Origin: Chloroflexota bacterium | Lineage (GTDB): Bacteria > Chloroflexota > UBA11872 > VXNJ01 | Length of the DNA stretch: 64,000 nucleotides | Direction: 5' to 3' | Assembly (NCBI GenBank): GCA_965261345.1 | Contig: OZ253449.1 | Coordinates: 192,001 to 256,000 of the forward strand | Shown here: positions 53,224 to 62,999 of the stretch, piece by piece | How positions within the stretch are numbered: the stretch's first letter is position 1 | Layout of the letters: each line of letters begins with the position of its first letter | Translations under genes and position numbers: made by a program | The notes under the pieces: model-generated | Seen by the model: the letters and a program-made list of their open reading frames with translations, nothing else | The model's database searches: none | Told to the model about the DNA's origin: nothing

Positions 53224-53323
53224 ATCCAATCCTTGTAGTTCGATGTTTTCTCAATCGCCTGGGGGCAAGCGAAACGCGTAGTTGACCCGCCCCAAGTCCG
53301 GGCGGGAACAAGCTTTAGCGACT

Positions 53324-54082
53324 TTACAAGGCCACATAACCGCCGTCGACCACCATGGGGTGTCCGGTAACGAACGAGGCTGCTTCGGATGAGAGCCACA
53401 CGACCGCCGCGGCCACCTCGTGGGGTTCGCCAAGACGCCCAATCGGTTCCTTGGCAATCATGCGCTCGAGTCTTTCAGGGTCAACCCAACGGTGTCGGGT
53501 CATTGATGTTTTCACATATCCGGGACAGACGCAATTGACCCGAATGCCATCCGCGGCGTACTCGATCGCAGCCGTCTTGGTCAGCCCGACAACCCCGTGT
53601 TTGGAGGCCGTGTACGCAGACAGGCCGTGCACACCAACCAGGCCGCCGCCGGACGCCATGTTGACAATTGAGCCGGAACCTTGGGCCAGCATCTGTCGAA
53701 TCTGGCGCCTCATGCAAAGCCACACGCCCTTTAGGTTCACGTTCATAACAAAGTCGTAGTCAGCCTCCGGTGTCTCGTGAGTCCGAACCCCACCGGAGTT
53801 GGATACACCAGCGTTATTTACGGCGCAGTCCAGACGCCCAAACAGGTCCACCGTCTCATTTATGAGGGCGTCCACGCTGTGGGTGTCTGTTACGTCGGAA
53901 CATAGGAATGCGCCGCTGCCGATTTTGCGGATGCGATTCGCGGTCTCGTTGCCGCCCTCGCTATCGATGTCGGAGACGACTACGGCGGCTCCTTCCCTTG
54001 CCATTGCCAATGCAGTGGCCCTGCCGATACCTGAAGCGCCACCTGTTACGAGGGCAACCTTGTCAGTTAGTAGGCCGCTCAC
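53324..54082 (-). CDS. Classical SDR oxidoreductase
   Basis: TGGASGIG, NNAG, YTASK motifs. Confidence 0.92.
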   Translation of the reverse strand: MSGLLTDKVALVTGGASGIGRATALAMAREGAAVVVSDIDSEGGNETANRIRKIGSGAFLCSDVTDTHSVDALINETVDLFGRLDCAVNNAGVSNSGGVRTHETPEADYDFVMNVNLKGVWLCMRRQIRQMLAQGSGSIVNMASGGGLVGVHGLSAYTASKHGVVGLTKTAAIEYAADGIRVNCVCPGYVKTSMTRHRWVDPERLERMIAKEPIGRLGEPHEVAAAVVWLSSEAASFVTGHPMVVDGGYVAL

Positions 54083-54544
54083 CGATCACCTTCGAACTTC
54101 TGACGTTCAACAATAGTTCGACCGGGAGAATGCGCCCCCGGTTAACCCGTTGGCTTGCCAATCCAGCCGGTCAATTCGATCCTAGGGCTAGCCGTACCCG
54201 CTTGGCCGGCCGCTAGCGCCCAAACCCTACCCTATCGCCATTTTCATGGAATCTGGCCCCCGTGGAAATCGCGGCGCAGCAATTTACCAACTACTGCGAC
54301 GCAATTACGAGCCTTGGTGCGTGAATGCCGGCGGGTCGTTGCCCATTTGATTTTTCAACACGTTCAACTTCCCCATAGTCGCGATCTCCAAGCGCGGCCT
54401 CAACAACGGATCTTCCTCTTTCCCAGGGATTGATTGCTCAAAATCTGTTCGCTTTTATGTACACCCCTGAGATGGTGGCGGTGCCCGCGACTTTAGGGAA
54501 ATTGAGCAAATGCCGGGATGGTCAGCCACCGCTCCAGGTGGTGA

Positions 54545-55561
54545 TTGCGGCGACCGGTAGACTGCCAGACAGACGCCGCACAGGAGAGGAACCTTTTGGA
54601 AATTACGCCAATCGACATTAGTAGTCGGCTCGATGAAGAGCACCGCAGAGTGTTCGATGCCCTCCCCAAAACTCCGCGCGATTGGTCCGATATCCCCGCC
54701 CTGCGAAAGCGGACCGCGGCCGCACGGCCGACCAAACCTAAGCCGGCGGCATCGGTTGCAATAACTGAACGATGGGTTCCCGGTCCGGCGAATTCGCCGG
54801 ACCTGAAATTGCGTATCTACCGTCCAAACGATCTGCCGCAACCGGCGGCAGCGCTCTACTGGATCCATGGCGGGGGCACGGTGCTGGGCGACGCGACGAT
54901 GAACGACTGTTACTGCGCCAACATTGCCGACCAACTCGCAATTCTCGTTACGTCGATCGAATACCGAAGGGCGCCCGAACACCCGTTCCCTACCCCGCTT
55001 GAGGATTGCTACGCGGGATTTAAGTGGATGGCTACCGCCGGCGGCGATCTTGGGGTTGACCCAGACCGGATCGCGGTTGGTGGAATCAGCGCCGGCGGCT
55101 TGCTGTCGGCGGCGCTCGCGCTCCTGGCGCGTGACCGCGCTGAATTCCGGCCGTGCTTTCAGTTATTGGATGCGCCGATGCTCGATGATCGCGCTGATAC
55201 TCCCAGCAGCTACATGGTCACCGATCCGCGCACCTGGGATCGGAAATCGAACCTGCAGGGGTGGAATGCCTATCTACAAGGCAACGCCGGTGGAGAGGAT
55301 GTATCGCCCTACGCCGCTCCTGGACGCGCCGTTGCTCTTGCCGGCTTGCCCCCGGCCTACATCAACGTCGGAGACCTCGACGGCCTGCTTGATGAGGACG
55401 TGGCTTATGCCGGCGGGTTGGCCCATGCCGGGGTACCGGTGGAGCTGCACGTCTACCCCGGCGCCTACCATGGTTCAGCCATAAGCGTGTCCGGTACCAA
55501 ACTCTCGCAGCGCTGGATTGCCGACGAGCTGGCGGCGCTGGCGCGGGCATTAAAAAGCTAG
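54545..55561 (+). CDS. Alpha/beta hydrolase (HSL-family esterase)
   Basis: HGGG oxyanion motif; GISAG nucleophile; D and H in GDLD...GAYHG; start uncertain. Confidence 0.9.
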   Translation: MRRPVDCQTDAAQERNLLEITPIDISSRLDEEHRRVFDALPKTPRDWSDIPALRKRTAAARPTKPKPAASVAITERWVPGPANSPDLKLRIYRPNDLPQPAAALYWIHGGGTVLGDATMNDCYCANIADQLAILVTSIEYRRAPEHPFPTPLEDCYAGFKWMATAGGDLGVDPDRIAVGGISAGGLLSAALALLARDRAEFRPCFQLLDAPMLDDRADTPSSYMVTDPRTWDRKSNLQGWNAYLQGNAGGEDVSPYAAPGRAVALAGLPPAYINVGDLDGLLDEDVAYAGGLAHAGVPVELHVYPGAYHGSAISVSGTKLSQRWIADELAALARALKS

Positions 55562-55850
55562 CTCGTAAGTTTTCGATCGGCCCGCCGGCCGACCCCCGTG
55601 TGGCGGCGATTTGGACCGCAGGCCCGATATCCGCACCGATTGGATTTTTGCCAAAATTGCGATCGCGAACATTTCGAGATTTACAGCATGACCACGTCAC
55701 ACCGTGCTCGTTTAGGCGTTTTGCCAACGATCGGGCGGCGGTAAGAATTGATCAGGCGGCGATCGGCAATAACCGCCGGCTGCCCCGCGAATTCTGGCGC
55801 GCAAACCCGGACAAACCAGCAATTAAAGCAATTGGATAAAGGAACCTGAC

Positions 55851-56669
55851 GTGGATTTTGGGCTCACCGGCAAAAAGGCATTTGTGGCCGGCGGCGGCCG
55901 GGGCATCGGCAAGGCTATTGCCCGGGTTCTGGCCCGCGAAGGCTGCGACGTTGTTGTGGCCGCTCGCACCCGGGAACAGCTCGAGGCGTCGGCGCGGGAA
56001 ATCGCTGCTATCAGCGGCCGCAAGGTCATTCCACTGGTAATGGACGCGACCAAAACCGACCAAGTTGACCGGGTGGTAGCGGAAGCAGCAGATAGATTGG
56101 GCGGTTTGCACATCGTGGTCAACAGCGCCTCCCATCCCGGCGGCGCCGCCGATGCCGTCGGTTACATTGAGACCGTCAACGAAGGTTCCTTACTCAACGA
56201 TTTCGACATCAAGTACGTCGGCGCCCTGCGGATCGCGCGGGCCGCAATTCCACCGCTAAAGCAGCAGGGTTGGGGACGGATCATCAACATCAGCGGCGGC
56301 AACGCCCGGAACGCTGGGAACCTCAGTGGGGGTGCGCGCAATGTCTCCCTGGTGCACATGACTAAGACTTTGTCGCTAAGCCTGGGACAATTCGGCATTA
56401 CCGTCAACTGCATCCACCCCGGCCCTACCCGTACTGAGAGGACGGCCGGCATGCTCGCGGCCCAGGCGGACGCGCGCGGCATAAGTCCGCAAGAAGTTGA
56501 GCGCCAGGATTTTGCCCCTGATCTGGGTGCGCGCAACGCGATCGGCCGCATGGTTGAAGCCGAGGAACTCGGGTACCTGGCCGCTTTCCTGGCCTCGAGC
56601 AAGGCCGCGGCCATTACCGGCGAAGTAATCGCTTCCGGCGGCGGCGAAGGCACCGCCGTCTTTTACTAG
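55851..56669 (+). CDS. Atypical SDR oxidoreductase
   Basis: AGGGRGIG; VNCIHPG; YxxxK position occupied by SGGARN. Confidence 0.85.
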   Translation: MDFGLTGKKAFVAGGGRGIGKAIARVLAREGCDVVVAARTREQLEASAREIAAISGRKVIPLVMDATKTDQVDRVVAEAADRLGGLHIVVNSASHPGGAADAVGYIETVNEGSLLNDFDIKYVGALRIARAAIPPLKQQGWGRIINISGGNARNAGNLSGGARNVSLVHMTKTLSLSLGQFGITVNCIHPGPTRTERTAGMLAAQADARGISPQEVERQDFAPDLGARNAIGRMVEAEELGYLAAFLASSKAAAITGEVIASGGGEGTAVFY

Positions 56670-56886
56670 CCGACGGTATGCATCCGCGCGCAATGACTGC
56701 CGTGCCGCAGTCGCAGGATCGGCGCGGCATGGCTACGAAACCCGCCCCGGGCAGGGGCTGATTCGGACAGCAACGGGGCCTGAGGATTCCGATCACAGAG
56801 CCAATCGCGGTTGATCTGCAATCGAAAACGCGACCGGGAGGATCCCGCTTGCTTGGGCCCGCGGGCAAATCCAAACCGAACTGACC

Positions 56887-58236
56887 TCATCTGAGCGTGA
56901 TCTGAAAAGAATGCGCGGGCGAACTCGGAAGGGGCGCGGAAAGACTGATGGTTAGCCGGCCGCTGTCGCAATGGGCGACCGCCGGAGTTGATTGGCCTAG
57001 GACCGACACTTTGACCTTGCCAAAACCGGGGCCCAAATCAAACGTGAGCCCGTTTGGATCAGGTTGGCCCAGCACGATCGCGTAAATTTCACCATTTTTT
57101 GCCGTGAATCGAACCGGGATGCCGTCGGCGGTTTCGCTACTGGCGCGAACCCAGGGCCGGGTGCCAAAGATCGCCTCCCCGTTTCGATCCAACCAGGCCC
57201 CGAGCGCGTGGAGCCGGCTCGCTTGAATTTCAGGGATGGCGCCGTCCGCCATCGGGCCAACGTTGAGTAGCAAGTTCCCGTTTTTGCTCACGACATCGAC
57301 TAGGAGATGGATCAGTTCCGCTTCTCCGATGGTGTGCTCGTCGGTTTCTTGCCGGTTGTAACCAAATGAGTAACCCAGTCCCCGGCACGTCTCCCACTTG
57401 AACTTGGTGATATCGTCCATCTGGGAATATTCGGGGGTTTTGAAGTCATGATGCCGCGGGGGCGCCCCCTCCTTGCAGATCTCAAATCGGTTGTTGATCA
57501 CTCCGTTGGGATTGACGTTGTAGAAATCCGCCACGATAGCGGCCAGATCGCCCTGTTCGGGATAGCCGATGTCGTTCCAGAGGATGGTCGGATCGTACCT
57601 ACGAATCAATTCGCGCCAGTGTGAGTCGGCATACTCTGCAAATTCCAGGGTGTGATTGATGGTGTCCCGGACATCCTGGTGGGTGTGTATCGGTCGCTGG
57701 TTAAAGCTCCAGTCGAGTCCGCCCGAGTAGTAGAGACCCATTCGCATCCCGGAAGCTTTGACTGCCGCGGTCAACTCGCCAACTACGTCGCGCGGGCACG
57801 ATGTGCGATTTGCAGGCAAATGGGGGTTCGCAACAGCGCTCGGCCACAGGGTGAAGCCGTCATGATGCTTGGTCGTGAGCACGACATAGCGGGCATTGGC
57901 GTCTGCGAAAAGCGAGGCCATCGCGCAAGGATCCCACGACTTGACCGCCTGATTGAATTTGGGGGCAAAATCCATGTAGCCGAAATTTACGCCATAGGCT
58001 CGACGGTGCTCATGGTAGGTGGGCGACCCTTCGATACGCAGGGTGTTGAGGTACCACTCCGAATACGGATTGTTGGCAAACCACCGCCCCCAGTCGACTG
58101 TACCAAAACTCCCTACCGGGGTTGCCCACCCCGGGACCGAGAAGAGCCCCCAGTGGATGAAGATTCCGAGCTTGGCATCATCGAACCACGCCGGGACCTG
58201 GTGCTTGCGGATCGATTCCCAATTGGGTTCAAACAT
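56887..58236 (-). CDS. Alpha-L-fucosidase (GH29)
   Basis: WFDDAKLGIFIHWG, TTKHHDGF, LWND nucleophile, WETCRG, GNLLLNVGP. Confidence 0.95.
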   Translation of the reverse strand: MFEPNWESIRKHQVPAWFDDAKLGIFIHWGLFSVPGWATPVGSFGTVDWGRWFANNPYSEWYLNTLRIEGSPTYHEHRRAYGVNFGYMDFAPKFNQAVKSWDPCAMASLFADANARYVVLTTKHHDGFTLWPSAVANPHLPANRTSCPRDVVGELTAAVKASGMRMGLYYSGGLDWSFNQRPIHTHQDVRDTINHTLEFAEYADSHWRELIRRYDPTILWNDIGYPEQGDLAAIVADFYNVNPNGVINNRFEICKEGAPPRHHDFKTPEYSQMDDITKFKWETCRGLGYSFGYNRQETDEHTIGEAELIHLLVDVVSKNGNLLLNVGPMADGAIPEIQASRLHALGAWLDRNGEAIFGTRPWVRASSETADGIPVRFTAKNGEIYAIVLGQPDPNGLTFDLGPGFGKVKVSVLGQSTPAVAHCDSGRLTISLSAPLPSSPAHSFQITLR

Positions 58237-58508
58237 TCGCGCCTCTCAAAGGGGTACATTTCGGCGCTGACCGGTTAGGAAAGTGCGGCCAGACCGTTAA
58301 CACTGCCCAGTTCGAGCATGTAGTGATCTTCGCTTAGATATCGGCGGCCCTCAGCCCCGGCCGACGGGGCCGCGCTCTCAGCCGGTGAGGCCCGCCGCGA
58401 TTGATAGTTTCCTCCGCTGCCGTTCAGCCTCGCAGCGCGCCAGCGATCGCCGGCCGGCCGTTCAGTGCAAATCAACCGCCGGTTTCCACAGATCCGGATC
58501 TGTGACTG

Positions 58509-58522
58509 TGCAATCGCTCGCA
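58509..58522. promoter_or_regulatory. Possible LacI-family operator between divergent fucosidase and sulfatase genes
   Basis: tgcaatcgctcgca, two mismatches from the palindrome TGCAATCGATTGCA. Confidence 0.3.
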
Positions 58523-58760
58523 ATCATTTCGCGTTTTTTGCGCCATTGGTGCATTAGCGCCCCGCCGGCATTGCCTGCTTAGCCACCCGTATACCGTGGC
58601 CGGGTCCAGCTCAATTGACCCGGCAGGATCTGGCCGAGATGGTGCGAAGGGACCCGATTGAGGAGGACTTGCGGCTTCCCGGGTATCGTAAAAACACCCG
58701 GCTGTCCAAGTGGATCCGGCGTGAATTAAACCAATTACCAAAGATCGAATCGGGCCCATC

Positions 58761-60245
58761 TTGGCAAGCAGTAATCCGCTTAATCCCAACATCATCTTTA
58801 TCCTCAGCGACGATCAAGGCGCGTGGGCAATGGGGTGCGCCGGCAACGATGAGCTGCGCACACCCAATCTGGATCGGATCGCATCGACCGGAATTAGATT
58901 CGAGAATTTCTTCTGCGCCTCGCCCGTCTGTTCACCGGCCCGTGCTTCGATCCTTACCGGACAGATCCCTTCCCAGCACGGGATCCAGGACTTCCTTCGC
59001 AAAGGAAATTACCGGGACAATAAAAACGATGGTGTTGAGATCGAATACCTGCGCGGACAAAAGTCCTACATCGAAACGCTGGCCGAGCACGGGTATGGTT
59101 GCGGACTAAGCGGGAAGTGGCACCTTGGTCGTTCCGCTTTGCCGCAATTGGGCTTTGAATTCTGGAACGTCCACGCATCCGGCGCCGGACCCTACTACCA
59201 GCCGCCCATGTTCGTAGATGGACAGATCTACGAAGCGGACGGTTATGTCAGCGACATTGTCACTGACAACGCGCTCGAATTCCTTGACCGGCAGTTGGAA
59301 TCGGAAGCGCCGTTTTCCCTAAACGTTCACTACACCGCACCGCATGCGCCCTGGGGTCGCGAACATCATCCGGTTGAGGTGTTTAACCATTACTACGATG
59401 ATTGCGCCTTTGACTCGGCCCCCTGCGAGGCGGTCAACCCCAACCAGATTGCCAAAGCGCCAAACTCGGGAACGATTGGCAACACTCCCGAGAACCGCCG
59501 CTTGGCGTTGAGCGGATACTACGCGGCGATCGACGAAATGGACCGGAACATCGGACGGCTGCTCGACTGGCTGGAGGCTCAGGGTCTTAGGGAAAACACC
59601 CTGGTGGTTTTCAACGCCGACAACGGTATGAACATGGGGCACCACGGCATCTGGGGCAAGGGCAACGGAACCTATCCGCTAAACCTGTTCGACACCGCGG
59701 TGAAGGTGCCGATGCTGGCCTCGCGACCCGGGCACGTTCCCCAGGGCCTGGTTTGCGACCAGCTGCTAAGCCAATACGATTTCGCCCCGACCCTGCTTGG
59801 CTACATCGGCTTCGCAATGGATTCAGATCGCCCGTTGCCCGGTCGGGATTTTTCAGCGGTGCTGCGGGGCGAGTCGATGGACGGCGACGCACCGGTCTTC
59901 GTGCTTGACGAATACGGCCCCAACCGCATGATTCGCACCCGCAGCTGGAAGTACATCCACCGTTACGCCGACGGCCCCGGCGAACTCTACGACCTAGTCA
60001 ACGACCCGCTTGAGACCCGCAACCTGGCCGATGAAGCCCGGCACTCCGGCCGGGTCGGCGCACTTAGAGCCGACCTGGAAGCTTGGTATCAAATTTATGT
60101 CGATCCGAGGGTGGACGGATTGCGCAGCAAGGTCACCGGAATGGGCCAGGTCGGACTGGTCGGTTCGCCAGACTACGGTAAGCCCTTTGAAGATGACGTG
60201 ATCCTGTTTCATGACTCGCCGGTGCCCAATTTCAGCCCGGTTTAA
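58761..60245 (+). CDS. Formylglycine-dependent sulfatase
   Basis: PNIIFILSDDQG; CSPAR; GKWHLG; ADNG; no signal peptide. Confidence 0.93.
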   Translation: MASSNPLNPNIIFILSDDQGAWAMGCAGNDELRTPNLDRIASTGIRFENFFCASPVCSPARASILTGQIPSQHGIQDFLRKGNYRDNKNDGVEIEYLRGQKSYIETLAEHGYGCGLSGKWHLGRSALPQLGFEFWNVHASGAGPYYQPPMFVDGQIYEADGYVSDIVTDNALEFLDRQLESEAPFSLNVHYTAPHAPWGREHHPVEVFNHYYDDCAFDSAPCEAVNPNQIAKAPNSGTIGNTPENRRLALSGYYAAIDEMDRNIGRLLDWLEAQGLRENTLVVFNADNGMNMGHHGIWGKGNGTYPLNLFDTAVKVPMLASRPGHVPQGLVCDQLLSQYDFAPTLLGYIGFAMDSDRPLPGRDFSAVLRGESMDGDAPVFVLDEYGPNRMIRTRSWKYIHRYADGPGELYDLVNDPLETRNLADEARHSGRVGALRADLEAWYQIYVDPRVDGLRSKVTGMGQVGLVGSPDYGKPFEDDVILFHDSPVPNFSPV

Positions 60246-60387
60246 CCGGCCATCAAAATCTGTTGGCTAAGCTGCCGGCGGGCGCGACAATATCTGGGAA
60301 GCGACCTGGATCGACCGCAATCCGGGCATTTTCGGCTGAGGGACCGGGCAGCGGCGCTCCCCTACGGCCGGTTGCGGATGGATTGAT

Positions 60388-61455
60388 ATGACCAAAGCGC
60401 GAATGGGCGTTATCGGCGCCGGCTGGTGGGCCACCCAATTCCATATCCCCAGCCTCAAGACGTACAAAAACGCCAAACTGGTTGGAATCTGCGACGTAAA
60501 GGCCGACAAGCTGGCCCGTGCGGCCGACTATTACGACATCCCGGGCCGTTTTCTTGACCACCACGAACTGCTGGCCGCCGGGGTCGACGGCGTGGTCGTG
60601 GCCGTACAGCACGCCTATCACTATCAGGTCGCCCGTGACGCCCTCGACGCCGGGGTCAGCGTATTGGTGGAAAAACCAATGACCCTGCGGTCAGCCGAGG
60701 CTTGGGACCTGGTTGAGCGGGCTGAGAAAAACGACCTCCATCTCATGGTCGGTTACACCTTCCATTTCACCCGGCACGCCCAGGCGGCGCGGGAAATAGT
60801 CCAGTCGGGCCAGCTCGGGGATATTCAGTTCGTCTCCGGCATTTTTGCAACCATCGTGGAGTCGTACCTGCGTGGGGATCCCGACGACTACGCCAGCATG
60901 TTTGAGTTTCCAGTTACCGGGCCCGAGCCCTCGACCTATTCGGACCCGGCTATCGCCGGCGGCGGTCAGGGCGTGTTGCAGGTCACCCATCCCATGGGCA
61001 TGGCGCTCTGGGTCACCGGACTCTGCGCGGTCGCAGTGTCCGGATTCATGGAGAACTACGATCTGGCAGTTGACCTGGTCGATGCATTCAGTTACCGGCT
61101 AGACAATGGAGCGGTGGGGGTGATGGGATCGACCGGCGGAATGCGGCCAAACCAGGCGCCGATCCAGGCCAACGACTATTTCGGGACCAATGGTTTCATG
61201 CGCCAGGACCTGGCCAATGGAAAGTTGAGTGCCCACTTCCATGACGGAACTTCCAACGTGTTCCCCGACCTCCCAAAAGAGGATGCTTACCCTCAGCACC
61301 TCCCCTCACGGGCGCTGGCCGACCTGATCAACGGCGGCGGAGAAAACCGGGCTCCCGGACGTCTCGGGGCACGGGTGGTTGAGTTTCTCGAGGCCGGATA
61401 CCAGGCGGCCCAGAACGGCGAAACCGTCCAGATAAATCCGCGGCGCGGCGCCTGA
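60388..61455 (+). CDS. Gfo/Idh/MocA-family oxidoreductase
   Basis: GVIGAGWWA; VLVEKPM. Confidence 0.9.
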   Translation: MTKARMGVIGAGWWATQFHIPSLKTYKNAKLVGICDVKADKLARAADYYDIPGRFLDHHELLAAGVDGVVVAVQHAYHYQVARDALDAGVSVLVEKPMTLRSAEAWDLVERAEKNDLHLMVGYTFHFTRHAQAAREIVQSGQLGDIQFVSGIFATIVESYLRGDPDDYASMFEFPVTGPEPSTYSDPAIAGGGQGVLQVTHPMGMALWVTGLCAVAVSGFMENYDLAVDLVDAFSYRLDNGAVGVMGSTGGMRPNQAPIQANDYFGTNGFMRQDLANGKLSAHFHDGTSNVFPDLPKEDAYPQHLPSRALADLINGGGENRAPGRLGARVVEFLEAGYQAAQNGETVQINPRRGA

Positions 61456-61468
61456 GCTAGCTAGGGGA

Positions 61469-61789
61469 ATGGAGCGCGTTGGATTCCTGCTCAAGGTCCG
61501 CAAGGATCGCCTGGGCGAGTACAAACAGCACCACGAAGCCGTATGGCCGGAGATGCTGGCCGCGCTGCGGCGGCACGGCTGGCACAACTATTCGCTTTTC
61601 CTGGCCGAGGACGGTACGCTTTTTGGCTACTTCGAAGCCGCCGACAGCCTCCAGGCCAGCTTGGAGGGGATGGGATCGGAAGAGGTGAACGCGCGTTGGC
61701 AGGCATTCATGGCCGAGTTTTTCGAAGGTCTGGAGGGGCACGCCGACCAGGGCATGGTCAAGCTGGAACAGGTGTTCTATTTGGAGTAG
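61469..61789 (+). CDS. rhaM: L-rhamnose/L-fucose mutarotase (RhaM family)
   Basis: EYKQHHEAVWPEM, NYSLFL, LFGYFE, NARWQ..M motifs. Confidence 0.88.
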   Translation: MERVGFLLKVRKDRLGEYKQHHEAVWPEMLAALRRHGWHNYSLFLAEDGTLFGYFEAADSLQASLEGMGSEEVNARWQAFMAEFFEGLEGHADQGMVKLEQVFYLE

Positions 61790-62034
61790 CGGGCCGGCAT
61801 CCGGCGGTTGCAGCAAGTCGCGCAAATACCCGACGGGCAGGCGATCTGCGGCCAATTTGCGAACCAACTTGACCGATTTAGCCCGATTGGGTTCGGTGGC
61901 GCCGGCAACTGGTCGCAATCGCGCCAGCGGCGCGTCGATTCCAAGGTTGGATCTGCCTGGCGGCCGCAACCGATTGACGGCCGGCAGTGGGGGCAGAATT
62001 TCTAAGACACTTGGAGCGAAGAGATGAATTGGTC

Positions 62035-62907
62035 ATGAACAAGCCGGCGTTCGTCGACAGCCACGTCCACTTCTACGATATGCAGCATCCGGAACTGGTG
62101 TACAAACACTGGGCGCCGGATGTTGAGCATCCAACCCTGGGCACACGGATGCGCAAACTCGGCCAACACAATTTCCTGGCCGAAGATTTCATTGCGATCT
62201 CGCGGCCCTTAAATGTTGCCAAAGCCGTCCATGTCCAGGCCGCGATCGGCTCGCCCGATCCGGTAACCGAGACCGAGTGGCTCCAGGCGGCGGCCGACCG
62301 GACGGGTTTCCCCCACGGAATCATCGCTTTTGCCGACTTGTCCGCGCCCGATGCGGAGGAAACCCTCATTCGCCATTGCGCATTCGCGAACATGCGCGGC
62401 ATTCGCGATTTCGATGCGGCCGACCACCTTACCGACCCCGAATTTGTGCGCGGATTCGGGTTGCTGCAAAAATACGACCTGGCTGCGAGCATGAACGTGA
62501 CCTGGCAGCACCTGGCGACCGTTCGCCATCTGGCCGAACAGCATCCCAAGCTGCGGATCGTCATCGACCACACCGGCGCGCCCCGCGAGCGCGGTCCCGA
62601 ATACATTGCCAACTGGCGGCGCGCGATGGCCCTAGTTGCCGGCGCACCAAACGTCTGGTGCAAGATATCCGGTCTCGGCATGACCGACCATGCTTGGACT
62701 GTCGACTCGATCCGACCCTTTGTCCTGTACTGCATCGAGGCATTCGGGGTTGAGCGATGCTTCTTTGGGACGAACTGGCCGGTCGATAGCCTCTGGAGCG
62801 GGTATGGCGGTATCGTTGACGCCTATACCGAGATCATTGGGGATTTCACTCCCGATGAACGCGAGCGGCTGTTTGTAACCAACGCCGAGACGCTGTACCG
62901 GATCTAA
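62035..62907 (+). CDS. Amidohydrolase_2 family, L-fucono/rhamnono-lactonase-like
   Basis: DSHVHF, RGIR, IDHTG, KISG, FGTNWP motifs. Confidence 0.85.
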   Translation: MNKPAFVDSHVHFYDMQHPELVYKHWAPDVEHPTLGTRMRKLGQHNFLAEDFIAISRPLNVAKAVHVQAAIGSPDPVTETEWLQAAADRTGFPHGIIAFADLSAPDAEETLIRHCAFANMRGIRDFDAADHLTDPEFVRGFGLLQKYDLAASMNVTWQHLATVRHLAEQHPKLRIVIDHTGAPRERGPEYIANWRRAMALVAGAPNVWCKISGLGMTDHAWTVDSIRPFVLYCIEAFGVERCFFGTNWPVDSLWSGYGGIVDAYTEIIGDFTPDERERLFVTNAETLYRI

Positions 62908-62999
62908 TTGCCGGACCGCGAACTCCGGCGGTTGTTTACCGGCGGGGCAACTGAAACTGGACGGCCAAGGCCCCGGCTGGAGGCGTGCGGACCCCCTAG

